This document shows positions 29,351 through 38,611 of a stretch of 64,000 nt of DNA, piece after piece. Position 1 is the stretch's first letter, and every line of letters starts with the position of its first letter. The notes under the pieces were generated by a model that did not search any database, had not been told where the DNA came from, and saw only the letters and a program-made list of their open reading frames with translations. The stretch is from Desulfobulbaceae bacterium (GTDB lineage: Bacteria > Desulfobacterota > Desulfobulbia > Desulfobulbales > Desulfocapsaceae), in the NCBI GenBank assembly GCA_003249645.1, contig QKIH01000035.1, positions 6,495-70,494 on the forward strand, written 5' to 3'. The position numbers were made by a program, and so were the translations under genes.

Positions 29351-30339
29351 TGAAAGGACACATGGCAGTCAGAAATAACAGAGGTCAGGCAGCAACAGAG
29401 TTTCTTATCGCTGCAGCCTTTGTTCTGGTCCCGCTTTTCGTGATCATTCCGCTTATCGGCAAATATATCGATATCAGACATTCTCTCATCCAGCAGGCCC
29501 GCTATGAAGCATGGGAATATACGGTCTGGTACGGCCCGGATGAAAGCATCCTGAGCGGCGGAAAAGAATCGCAGAGGGTCGATCAGAAATCTTGGCGGGA
29601 TACCAGGGATGAGGCTAAAGCCTATTTTTTCACTGATCCGCATACAGCCTCTTACGGTGTCCCCGATTCACAGATTACTGATAATCCTATCTGGGTCGAT
29701 CACCATGGGCAGTCTTTATTTATTAACAGCGAATCAAAAATTAACGGAACACAGAAAGAGGCAGACAGCCCGGATCCGACAATGGGTGTCGTTGACACCG
29801 TCCTCAGCGGCATCAGCTGGGTTACCACCAATTACGGCAGTCTGCTCCATTATATCGATAAAGATGCCGGCGAATTCGACGCTATCTACACGAAGGGATA
29901 CTACAAGACATCGCCAACTGTATCTGTTCGCTCGGTAGGTATGGTGCTGCCTGAAACCGGTTTAGATCATGAGCAGGACAACAGTCTGCAGCAGCCGCTG
30001 GTGCTTCAGTCCAAAGCTGCAGTCTTAAGTAATTACTGGAATGCAGGATCAAAAGACCAGGCAGTCCATGAAGCGAAAGGCCTCGTTTTTTCGGGTATTC
30101 TTGAACCTGTATCAAAGCTCTTTAATGGAGTTCTCGGTTTCATTCAGCAAGGCATCAATTTTGCCGAGAAGTTTTTGCCCGTTGACATGAAATTGCCGAT
30201 GATGCCGGAATTCGGTTATGTGAAAGAAGATCTGATACCATATGAACACCTCGACGAGTCCGATGCCGACGGTGACAAAAAAAACAAACATGAAGTGAAG
30301 AAGATCGGCGGCTTATATTACTACCAGGAAAATGATTAA
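29347..30339 (+). CDS. TadE/TadF-like pseudopilin
   Basis: 330 aa. N-terminus NRGQAATEFLIAAAFVLVPLFVII...ARYEAWEY is TadE-like. Overlaps the preceding gene by 4 nt. Confidence 0.65.
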   Translation: MMKGHMAVRNNRGQAATEFLIAAAFVLVPLFVIIPLIGKYIDIRHSLIQQARYEAWEYTVWYGPDESILSGGKESQRVDQKSWRDTRDEAKAYFFTDPHTASYGVPDSQITDNPIWVDHHGQSLFINSESKINGTQKEADSPDPTMGVVDTVLSGISWVTTNYGSLLHYIDKDAGEFDAIYTKGYYKTSPTVSVRSVGMVLPETGLDHEQDNSLQQPLVLQSKAAVLSNYWNAGSKDQAVHEAKGLVFSGILEPVSKLFNGVLGFIQQGINFAEKFLPVDMKLPMMPEFGYVKEDLIPYEHLDESDADGDKKNKHEVKKIGGLYYYQEND

Positions 30340-31048
30340 CGCAATTCAAACCCATAAAGATATTAATGCGGTCTACAGGACGACAGTTTTTGTCCCGGCT
30401 CTGCTCTATTGCCTGCTCATCACGCATTCTTCATGGGCAAACCTTGCCGATTACCCGACGCCGTCCTGGCTTCAGTTCAATAGTGTAGCCGAAAACATGG
30501 TAATTAACAGCCTGCCTTCTGAAGTTTACTACTTCACCAGTGAGAGTTCTTCTGCAAGCACGCTCGATTATTATCGCAAACAGTGGCAGAGCCATCCCGA
30601 TTATTCACCGGGATACAGAGAAAGCTGGGTCTCTCCGTGGCATATATTAGCCAGAACGGAAGAAGGCAAGCTAATCACCTTGCAGATCCAGGATGACTCT
30701 GACGGCACTTCCCTTGGCTACTTCACAATCGCCGATATGAGCCGCGCACAGACAGTAGAAACATCCGATGTCCCCATGATGACCGGCAGCAAGATCCTCA
30801 ATCAGTCGCTCAGCGAAGATGGAGACAAAAAAAGCAGTGTCACCCTTGTCAGCAACAGCTTTTCCATTAGCAGCAACACGGATTTCTATCTCAGCTATTA
30901 CCTTGATGAAGGGTGGACCAATGATGTCCACCAGGAGGAAAGCGATTCTGTGACGCTGGTCTTCAGGAAAGGACGTCAGGAAGCAAACCTGGTAATCCGG
31001 CAGCTTTTCGGTGTAACGCAAATTGTTATCAATACGGTGATACAATGA
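30332..31048 (+). CDS. hypothetical secreted protein in the Tad locus
   Basis: 238 aa with an N-terminal hydrophobic signal-like segment. No family recognised. Translationally coupled on both sides by overlaps. Confidence 0.5.
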   Translation: MINAIQTHKDINAVYRTTVFVPALLYCLLITHSSWANLADYPTPSWLQFNSVAENMVINSLPSEVYYFTSESSSASTLDYYRKQWQSHPDYSPGYRESWVSPWHILARTEEGKLITLQIQDDSDGTSLGYFTIADMSRAQTVETSDVPMMTGSKILNQSLSEDGDKKSSVTLVSNSFSISSNTDFYLSYYLDEGWTNDVHQEESDSVTLVFRKGRQEANLVIRQLFGVTQIVINTVIQ

Positions 31049-31428
31049 GAAAAAGCATCCTGAATCTGCATGCGATTAGACTGCTTTTCCGAAGCGGCAG
31101 CCAGAAGGGACAATCGACCGTCGAATACGTGGTCGTCGTCAGCCTGCTGCTGGCAACCTTCCTTGGAAGCAGCTGCATCGACGATCTTGTTGATGCATTT
31201 CACAAAAAGTACAAAAGTTATGCCTTCGGCGTCTCCATCTCCGACCCTCCAAGCTCTTCCTTTGACAAGGAAGTAAATGACGGAGCCCAGAAGATCGCTG
31301 ACATAATGAAGATAATAGATGATCTTCTGCAATTTGTCGAAGGTGCAGATCCTGATGCAGGTGGGGCCGGAGACAACCCTGCCACTGAAGAGCTTGACGA
31401 ATTTGAACGCATAATCAAGAACCTTTAA
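31045..31428 (+). CDS. second Flp-like pilin with extended acidic C-terminal domain
   Basis: 127 aa. Leader ...SGSQKGQSTVEYVVVVSLLLATFLG has the same G-Q-x-x-V-E-Y signature as flp. The C-terminal ~70 aa are helical and acidic. Confidence 0.55.
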   Translation: MRKSILNLHAIRLLFRSGSQKGQSTVEYVVVVSLLLATFLGSSCIDDLVDAFHKKYKSYAFGVSISDPPSSSFDKEVNDGAQKIADIMKIIDDLLQFVEGADPDAGGAGDNPATEELDEFERIIKNL

Positions 31429-31448
31429 CCATACAACAGCAGGGATTT

Positions 31449-33617
31449 ATGGCTAAATTTGAATTGTTGCACACCAAGAGTGGACGGTTGTTTTTCATCG
31501 CCTTACTTTTTGCCCTCATGGCTGGTGCCGGGACCATACTGTATTTAAAATCCCTGGAACGCCGTATTGAAGAAAAATACACCCCCGCTAAAGAACAGAA
31601 GAGCAGGGTGGTTGTAGCAAGCAGCAATCTCAAAGCCGGTACGGTCCTGTCTCCAAACACGGTTTCTGTCCGTGAAATTCCAGCAACCTATGTCCCCAAA
31701 GAAGCAATCACTGCACAGCAGTTCAACACCATCAGCGGCGCCATTCTTACCGAAGATCTGGAACAGGGTAAAATGCTCACCATGGCCCATATCAACCTGA
31801 ATCTTCCTAAAGACCTGTCAGCCACGATCAAGGAAGGACACCGGGCAATCACTATCAGCTCGGACGAACTCCAGTCCATATCCGGTCTGCTCAGACCCGG
31901 CAACCGTATTGATATTTTCTCGAGGCTCAATTCATCTACCGCTCAAAATGCCAATATCGACTCACGCAACAGCGATGTCATTATCCCGGTTCTGGAAGAC
32001 GTGCTGATACTTGCAACCGGCAAAAAACCGGCTCGTCCCAACGAGGACGATTATCTCAATCTGAACGAAAATCAGCAGAAACATACCTACAATACCATTA
32101 CGCTGGAACTCTCTCCGGATAACGCAGCCCTGCTCAGTCTTGCCCGCTCGGAAGGGGAGCTTATTGCTGTTCTGCGCAACAAGGAGGACAACGGCGGCCT
32201 GCTGTTTGAAAAGATGACCCTGCAGGATCTTGCCGCCAACTCTGCAAAACTGGAAAATGAAGCACAGAAAAAGCTGGATAACCGTTTAGTCGATTCAGTT
32301 ACCAGAACAGCAGACGGCAAACTGGTCACCAAGGACGGGGTTGTCATCAACGACCCGAACGTTCACCTGAACAAAGACGGTCTGCTGGTTACAAAAGACG
32401 GAGTTGTCCTTTCCGGTCGCGGTCTGCACGTTGATTCTAACGGCCATATAGTGGACGAAAACGGCAAGCCGGTGGATACCGCCAGTCTGGTTGCAACAAA
32501 AGACGGCGGCATTGTCGATAAAAACGGCAACGTTCTCGACTCAAACGGCTATCATTCTGTAAAAGGAGGCTTTCTGGCTGACAAAAACGGGAATATCTAC
32601 ACCCCGGACGGACACCTGCTCAAAGGCGTCCATCTCGATAAGAACGGTAATGTCGTTACCAGCGACGGCAAACTACTCAAAGCCTCAGACCTCTCCATCT
32701 CTTCTGACGGAACAGTCAGTATAGCGCCAAAAGTTCCCGGAGTTCATGTCGGCCAAAACGGTGAACTGCTCAACGCTGACGGCAAGCCGGTTACTGCAGC
32801 GGACCTCGTTACCATCGACAAAGACGGCACAGTCAGAACCAAGGATGGCAGAATCCTCAAAGGGGTTCACATGGGGAAAGACGGTAAGCTCTATGATGCA
32901 AACGGCAATGAAGTAAAACCGGAAGATCTGGTTTCAGTCGGCCCAGATGGTTCTGTCACATATAAAAGTGCTGATGCATCTGGTGTTCATCTCGGAAACA
33001 ATGGAGACGTGCTCAATGCTGACGGAAAACCTGCATCGGCTACAGACCTGGTAACTGTCGGAGCCGATGGTCTTGTTCGTACAAAAGACGGGAAAGTGCT
33101 TGAAGGCGTCCATATGGGCAAGGACGGCAAGCTCTATGATGCAAACGGCAAAGAGATGAGTGCAAACGATGTCCTGCTGGCATCACAGGGTTACAAGGCA
33201 GGCAATAACGGCACAGTCGTCGGTCCGGACAGCAAAACTTATACCGCAAAAGATCTGGTAACTGTTGACCCGGATGGCACTGTCAGAACCAAGGACGGCA
33301 AGATACTCAAAGGTGTCTATCGCGACAAAAACGGCGTTTTACGAAACAGCGACGGAACACCGTTGACCGCCCAGGATGTCATTGCACAGAGCAGCGCCCA
33401 AAATATTGATAATGCTCAATCGGGCACGCTGCCGGGTGTAAGCGCCAGTTATTCTCCTGATCTGGCAACATCGATCAAGAACCAGGGAGAAATCAAGACC
33501 CAGCAGTTACGACAAATTGAGTTCATTATTGGCGGTTCCGGAAACGGTGCAGCCAAAACATTTACAGTGCCAGTTGAAGAAAAAAGCATGCAACCTCTTC
33601 CAGGAACCAAAGAATAA
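31449..33617 (+). CDS. cpaB: CpaB/RcpC-family pilus assembly protein with a long C-terminal repeat extension
   Basis: Residues 1-250 are a TM anchor, a SAF-like part (VVVASSNLKAGTVLSPNTVSVREIP) and an RcpC part (GHRAITISSDELQSISGLLRPGNRIDIF). Residues ~285-640 are repeats. Total length is 722 aa. Confidence 0.8.
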   Translation: MAKFELLHTKSGRLFFIALLFALMAGAGTILYLKSLERRIEEKYTPAKEQKSRVVVASSNLKAGTVLSPNTVSVREIPATYVPKEAITAQQFNTISGAILTEDLEQGKMLTMAHINLNLPKDLSATIKEGHRAITISSDELQSISGLLRPGNRIDIFSRLNSSTAQNANIDSRNSDVIIPVLEDVLILATGKKPARPNEDDYLNLNENQQKHTYNTITLELSPDNAALLSLARSEGELIAVLRNKEDNGGLLFEKMTLQDLAANSAKLENEAQKKLDNRLVDSVTRTADGKLVTKDGVVINDPNVHLNKDGLLVTKDGVVLSGRGLHVDSNGHIVDENGKPVDTASLVATKDGGIVDKNGNVLDSNGYHSVKGGFLADKNGNIYTPDGHLLKGVHLDKNGNVVTSDGKLLKASDLSISSDGTVSIAPKVPGVHVGQNGELLNADGKPVTAADLVTIDKDGTVRTKDGRILKGVHMGKDGKLYDANGNEVKPEDLVSVGPDGSVTYKSADASGVHLGNNGDVLNADGKPASATDLVTVGADGLVRTKDGKVLEGVHMGKDGKLYDANGKEMSANDVLLASQGYKAGNNGTVVGPDSKTYTAKDLVTVDPDGTVRTKDGKILKGVYRDKNGVLRNSDGTPLTAQDVIAQSSAQNIDNAQSGTLPGVSASYSPDLATSIKNQGEIKTQQLRQIEFIIGGSGNGAAKTFTVPVEEKSMQPLPGTKE
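32301..33368 (+). repeat. coding tandem repeats (short x-K-D-G-x-hydrophobic units nested in ~80-aa duplications)
   Basis: For example, GVHVGQNGELLNADGKPVTAADLVTIDKDGTVRTKDGRILKGVHMGKDGKLYDANGNE pairs with GVHLGNNGDVLNADGKPASATDLVTVGADGLVRTKDGKVLEGVHMGKDGKLYDANGKE, and a third partial copy follows. The DNA copies have diverged. Confidence 0.85.
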
Positions 33618-33620
33618 GAT

Positions 33621-35129
33621 ATGAAACAACAGTCACAGAGAATCTCCTGTACAGGTTTTCAATCACACCGCAGCCTGCTTATTACAATGCTTTTCCTGCT
33701 CACTTTTCTTTTGCTTGGAACGGGGCAGACGACACATGCCGCCGGCAGGCAAAACATTTCCATGTATCTTGGTGAAGTCAAAGTGATGGAGGTTGGCAAT
33801 GTAATCAGGGTGGCGCTTGGTAACCCAAAGGTAATATCCAATTCACTTCTTCACCCCGGTCAGCTGGTAATACTCGCCAATGCCGTGGGCATTACTTCCA
33901 TGCATCTCTGGCTCGAAGACGGCAGCGAAATGGAATTTGACGTACTGGTGAAGGAAAAGCAGTCCTTTGATTCCTATCTTGAAATCAAGCAGCTCCTTAC
34001 AACCATTCCAAGCGTCACTGTGAAAAAAGTCGGTGAACTGATCGTTCTGACCGGCACCATCAGGGCAGACCAGCAGGAGATATTCGAACGAATTGTCGGC
34101 CAGTTCAAAGGTGTTCTTAACCTCGTCACCCACGGTAACCCGTATCAGGAGATCAGTTCTTTGTTGACGGCAGTACCAAATCTTAAAGTAAGAACAGTTG
34201 GTTCCAATACTGTTCTATCCGGTGAAATCAGTGACGAATACTCAAAGATCATCAATCTGGTTACCGGAAAGTTCCCCAATGTCATCAACATGACCCGTGC
34301 CCAGGCTGCCATTGCCGGGAAAATGGTATACATGGAAGTCAAGATCATGGAAGTCAGCAAAAGTTTTTCTGAAAAACTCGGCATCAACTGGTCAAACCTC
34401 GGTATTGTCGGCCCTTCCCTTGAATTCGGCTGGCAGAGGACGAGAAACGGAGCATCCATCCTGAACGCTTCTGCAACCAGCTCTTCACTTAAAAAATCAG
34501 ACGGCATAGAGTATGGCGCCGGCTATATCGGCATTGCAACCGGCATCACCTCCACTATCAACCTGGCGGAAGATACCGGCGATGCAATATTATTAGCAGA
34601 ACCTCGACTGAGCGCACGATCAGGAGGCAAGGCAGAATTCCTTGCAGGAGGCGAATACCCCTTACCGGTTTCCAACGATGGCCAGGTAACCGTTGAATTT
34701 AAAAAATACGGTATCCAGCTGATGATCGAACCGGTTGTCGACGAACTCGGCAATATTCTTGCCCATGTAGATACTGAAGTTTCAACTATCGACGATTCCG
34801 TTGCAGTTCAGGACATTCCGGGCATAAAAAGCCGCAGCACCAAGACAGATATCAGTATGCGTGATAATCAGACCCTGGTTATTGCCGGACTGCTAAGCGA
34901 TGAGGCCGGCAAAAGCTTTGACAAGGTAAAAGGGCTCGGGGACATTCCCGTTCTAGGTGCACTTTTCCGTTCAAAAAGCTTTCAGAACAAACAGACTGAG
35001 CTGATCATATTCGTCACTCCGAGGGTCTATGACGCGACCAGTCCGATCAATATGGAAGCGATTGAAAAAGCCGCCAGAATCAGCCAGGACTACAACGAGC
35101 TTGTCAAAGGTGGGGGAATTCTTGATTAG
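33621..35129 (+). CDS. cpaC: Tad secretin CpaC/RcpA
   Basis: 502 aa. Signal peptide, a pilus-N-terminal domain (LGEVKVMEVGNVIRVALGNPKV), two BON-like repeats and a secretin domain (LAEPRLSARSGGKAEFLAGGEYP...GDIPVLGALFRS). Confidence 0.9.
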   Translation: MKQQSQRISCTGFQSHRSLLITMLFLLTFLLLGTGQTTHAAGRQNISMYLGEVKVMEVGNVIRVALGNPKVISNSLLHPGQLVILANAVGITSMHLWLEDGSEMEFDVLVKEKQSFDSYLEIKQLLTTIPSVTVKKVGELIVLTGTIRADQQEIFERIVGQFKGVLNLVTHGNPYQEISSLLTAVPNLKVRTVGSNTVLSGEISDEYSKIINLVTGKFPNVINMTRAQAAIAGKMVYMEVKIMEVSKSFSEKLGINWSNLGIVGPSLEFGWQRTRNGASILNASATSSSLKKSDGIEYGAGYIGIATGITSTINLAEDTGDAILLAEPRLSARSGGKAEFLAGGEYPLPVSNDGQVTVEFKKYGIQLMIEPVVDELGNILAHVDTEVSTIDDSVAVQDIPGIKSRSTKTDISMRDNQTLVIAGLLSDEAGKSFDKVKGLGDIPVLGALFRSKSFQNKQTELIIFVTPRVYDATSPINMEAIEKAARISQDYNELVKGGGILD

Positions 35130-35141
35130 AGGGTATGCATT

Positions 35142-36875
35142 ATGTTTGAAATCCTGCTGAAAGACAACAAAGGCAAGCTGCTCGAAACAAGCACCTGTGA
35201 AACCGGATCGTGCACGGTCGGCCGTTCGGGGCGTAATCTTATTAACCTGAAGGGTTGGCGTATTGCGGCCATTCATGCTGAATTTTCTCTTCAGTCAAAA
35301 GGTCTGTACGTCTTCGATCGATCTGGTGGTATCGGCATACTGGTTAATGGCACACCCGTTCCCTCATTCGGACCGCTTCATGCCAGTGATGAGATTCAGA
35401 TAGGGTCCTACCGCCTCACAGCCCATTATGACGAGCCAGTCCTTTCCTATTCTGAAACTGCTGTGAGCAGCCCCAAAGCGCCTGAACAGCCTGAAAAGGA
35501 CATCCCGGAAGAACACATCGAGCATTTTACTGCAAAACAGACCGGCAGAAATATCGGTGTACAGCATCTTGAACATGATGAACAGCACAGTCACCAGCAC
35601 AGCAGCAAACGCTTTCTGTGGCATAACCGTATTCACCAGAAACTCATGCTGGCCATGGATCTTCGCCGCACAGACGTTGAATCCATGGACGATAACAAGC
35701 TCAAGGAAACAGTCGAATCACTGATCAAGGAAATCATCGAATCGGTAAAAAATGATCTGCCTTCTGATGTGGACTGTGAACGGCTGGCCAAAGAGGTGTT
35801 GAACGAGGCAATCGGGCTCGGCCCACTTGAAGATCTGCTGGCAGACGGCAGCATCACTGAAATAATGGTCAACCGCTTCGATGATGTCTACATTGAAAGA
35901 CGTGGGAAACTGCAGAAAAGTGAAGTGACCTTCTCAAGCGACGATGCCGTACGTTCAGTTATTGAGAGAATCGTTTCCCCGCTTGGCCGCAGAATTGACG
36001 AAAGCTCTCCCATGGTCGATGGACGCCTGAAAGACGGCTCCAGGGTCAACGCCATCATTCCTCCTCTGGCAATAAAGGGCCCGACCCTTACTATCCGAAA
36101 ATTCTCCAAACAGAAACTGCAGATGCAGGATCTGATCGATTTCGGTGCAATTTCCGCTGCCATGGCCTCTTTTCTCGAAACAGCCGTCACCAATAGAAAA
36201 AATATCGTCATCTCCGGCGGTACAGGCAGCGGCAAGACAACCTTTCTCAACGTGCTGAGTAATTACATTCCTCACACCGAACGCATTATCACGGTTGAAG
36301 ACTCAGCAGAACTGAGACTCGGTCAGCCCCATGTTGTCTCCCTTGAAGCACGGCCTGCCAACATGGAAGGAGTAGGAGGCATAACCATTCGTGATCTTGT
36401 TAAAAACTGTCTGCGCATGCGGCCGGATCGGATCGTGGTCGGCGAGTGCCGAGGCGGAGAGGCCCTTGATATGTTGCAGGCAATGAATACCGGGCATGAC
36501 GGATCCCTTACCACCGTTCATGCCAACACCCCCCGTGATCTTATATCCCGTCTTGAGGTCATGGTTATGATGGCAGGAATGGACCTGCCGGATCGCGCAA
36601 TCCGCGAGCAGGTAACCTCTGCAGTACACCTTGTCGTTCAGCAGGCCCGATTTGCCGACGGTACCAGAAAAATCACCCATATTACCGAGATTACCGGTAT
36701 GGAAAGCGGCATGGTGCAGATGCAGGATATTTTTATCTATAAGCAGCGCGGGTTTGACAGTGAAGGAAGGGTGCTCGGCGACTTTAAGGCAACCGGCCGG
36801 GTTCCCGAGTTTTATGAAAACCTGCAGGAAAGAGGAATTCCTGCGGACATGTCTTTATTTGCGGTGAACGAATGA
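35142..36875 (+). CDS. cpaF: FHA-domain-fused Tad secretion ATPase CpaF/TadA
   Basis: 577 aa. N-terminal FHA pattern (CTVGRSGRNLINL...IHAEF...LYVFDRSGGIGILVNGTPV...IQIGSYRL). C-terminal T2SSE ATPase with Walker A GGTGSGKTT, Asp box and His box. Confidence 0.92.
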   Translation: MFEILLKDNKGKLLETSTCETGSCTVGRSGRNLINLKGWRIAAIHAEFSLQSKGLYVFDRSGGIGILVNGTPVPSFGPLHASDEIQIGSYRLTAHYDEPVLSYSETAVSSPKAPEQPEKDIPEEHIEHFTAKQTGRNIGVQHLEHDEQHSHQHSSKRFLWHNRIHQKLMLAMDLRRTDVESMDDNKLKETVESLIKEIIESVKNDLPSDVDCERLAKEVLNEAIGLGPLEDLLADGSITEIMVNRFDDVYIERRGKLQKSEVTFSSDDAVRSVIERIVSPLGRRIDESSPMVDGRLKDGSRVNAIIPPLAIKGPTLTIRKFSKQKLQMQDLIDFGAISAAMASFLETAVTNRKNIVISGGTGSGKTTFLNVLSNYIPHTERIITVEDSAELRLGQPHVVSLEARPANMEGVGGITIRDLVKNCLRMRPDRIVVGECRGGEALDMLQAMNTGHDGSLTTVHANTPRDLISRLEVMVMMAGMDLPDRAIREQVTSAVHLVVQQARFADGTRKITHITEITGMESGMVQMQDIFIYKQRGFDSEGRVLGDFKATGRVPEFYENLQERGIPADMSLFAVNE

Positions 36876-37723
36876 TACTAACCCTGTTCGTGACAGTATG
36901 CGCATCGATTGCAACCGGCGTTTTTGCCTGGCTTTTCTTCGAGCATTTCTCGCACAGGATTCTAGAAGCGAAAGACTCCATCTCTTCCACCACCGCACTG
37001 AAGTTTTCCGAGATGTTTCTCTTTGTCGACGTCACCCGCTACTTCAGGATTTATATAGCCCTCATTATCGGCCTGCCTGTTCTTGTCACCCTGCTCTCAG
37101 AAGATTTCCTGCTTGGCATCATCACTCTTCTGGCGCTCTTTGCAGTACCGCCGATGATGATCAACTCGATGACGAAGCGCCGCCTGAAAAAAATCGAGCA
37201 GCAGCTCCCCGATGCCCTGATGATGATATCAGGTTCACTGAAAGCCGGGGCAAGTCTTTCAAGCGCTATCGACAACCTGATACGGGAGAGCCCGGCACCG
37301 ATCAGTCAGGAGTTCGGTCTCATGCTGCGTGAGAGAAAGCTTGGCGTCGATCTCGACACCGCTCTTTCTCATCTTGAGCAGCGAATCCCGCTTGAAGATT
37401 TTTCACTGAGCATCTCCGCCATCAGAATCTCGCGGGAAGTAGGTGGAAACCTTGCAGAAACATTGGAATCTCTTGCGGAAACAATACGCAAAAAACTGAC
37501 GATGGAAGGAAAAATAGAGAGCCTCACCGCCCAAGGAAAATTACAGGGGATCGTCATGAGTTCGCTGCCTGTTCTGCTCGTAGGTGTTCTGATGAAGGTT
37601 GAACCTGCTGCCATGGGTATGCTGTTTACGACCAAACTCGGCTGGGCCGTACTACTGCTGATCATTGCCATGCAGCTTCTCGGCTTCCTGGCAATTAGAA
37701 AAATCACCACCATAGACGTCTGA
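36872..37723 (+). CDS. tadB: Tad inner-membrane platform protein TadB
   Basis: 283 aa with a T2SSF-like domain (LPDALMMISGSLKAGASLSSAI...). Overlaps cpaF by 4 nt. Confidence 0.85.
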   Translation: MILTLFVTVCASIATGVFAWLFFEHFSHRILEAKDSISSTTALKFSEMFLFVDVTRYFRIYIALIIGLPVLVTLLSEDFLLGIITLLALFAVPPMMINSMTKRRLKKIEQQLPDALMMISGSLKAGASLSSAIDNLIRESPAPISQEFGLMLRERKLGVDLDTALSHLEQRIPLEDFSLSISAIRISREVGGNLAETLESLAETIRKKLTMEGKIESLTAQGKLQGIVMSSLPVLLVGVLMKVEPAAMGMLFTTKLGWAVLLLIIAMQLLGFLAIRKITTIDV

Positions 37724-37726
37724 AAT

Positions 37727-38611
37727 ATGGATACAAGCTATCAGCTCATACTTGCATCGTTCTCAATCATATCAGCGCTTGCCCTGTTCTACTGTCTGGC
37801 ATCGCTTTATGACGATGTGCCGGAAGATGACAGAGAGTTCATGGATCCGCTGCCCAAAGTGCTGAAACTCGTCTGGCCGCTGGTCCGGTTGATAGCCTAC
37901 CACCTGGTCAGCCCCATCGCTCCATACGACTACGTCAAACACGTGGAGGAAAGACTTCAGAAAACCGGTGTCAGCTATCTGATGATGGCAGAGGAGTTTA
38001 TCGCCCTTCGTATCTTTACTGCTCTCTTCACTCTCCTTTTCGGCTCGCTGATACTCATTACTTTCAACGAATGGAATAATCTTCTGATTCTTATCCTGCC
38101 GGTGATCGGTTATCTCTATCCGCATATATGGGTCAGGGATATCCGCAAGAGACTTGAAGACGGCATATTGAGAACGCTGCCCGCTTATCTCGATTTCATT
38201 TCCATGGCAGTGGAAGCGGGCCTCAACTTCTCAGGAGCCATCGAACAGGCAAGACGCAAGGGCCCTAAAGGACCGCTTGTCAATGAATTCGGCATAGTTC
38301 TGCGTGATCTGCGGTCCGGTATAAACCGCGAAAATGCGCTGAAGCGTATGGCGGAACGCCTGGATATCCATGAACTGACAAGCTTTGTCAATGCCGTGGT
38401 CCAGGCAGAAAAAATGGGATCCGGCCTGGGCACCATTTTAAAGATACAGGCGGAACAGAGAAGAAACGAACGGTTTCAACGAGCTGAAAAAAAGGCCATG
38501 GAGGCACCTGTAAAACTGGTTGGCCCGCTTATCCTGTTTATTTTCCCGACCACTTTTATCGTGCTGGCCTTTCCGATTGTGATGAAATTTCTCCATGGTG
38601 GTCTTTTTTGA
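37727..38611 (+). CDS. tadC: Tad inner-membrane platform protein TadC
   Basis: 294 aa with a T2SSF-like domain (LPAYLDFISMAVEAGLNFSGAIEQ...). Confidence 0.85.
   Translation: MDTSYQLILASFSIISALALFYCLASLYDDVPEDDREFMDPLPKVLKLVWPLVRLIAYHLVSPIAPYDYVKHVEERLQKTGVSYLMMAEEFIALRIFTALFTLLFGSLILITFNEWNNLLILILPVIGYLYPHIWVRDIRKRLEDGILRTLPAYLDFISMAVEAGLNFSGAIEQARRKGPKGPLVNEFGIVLRDLRSGINRENALKRMAERLDIHELTSFVNAVVQAEKMGSGLGTILKIQAEQRRNERFQRAEKKAMEAPVKLVGPLILFIFPTTFIVLAFPIVMKFLHGGLF

Noticed and set aside
36898-37332. 144-aa Arg/Pro-rich ORF in an alternative frame within tadB. Many similar 60-180-aa antisense or off-frame ORFs occur across the track, for example 24072-24614, 26855-27310 and 52898-53398.
   Set aside because: These overlap strongly supported genes. 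Their composition is typical of out-of-frame translation, and they have no motifs or RBS.
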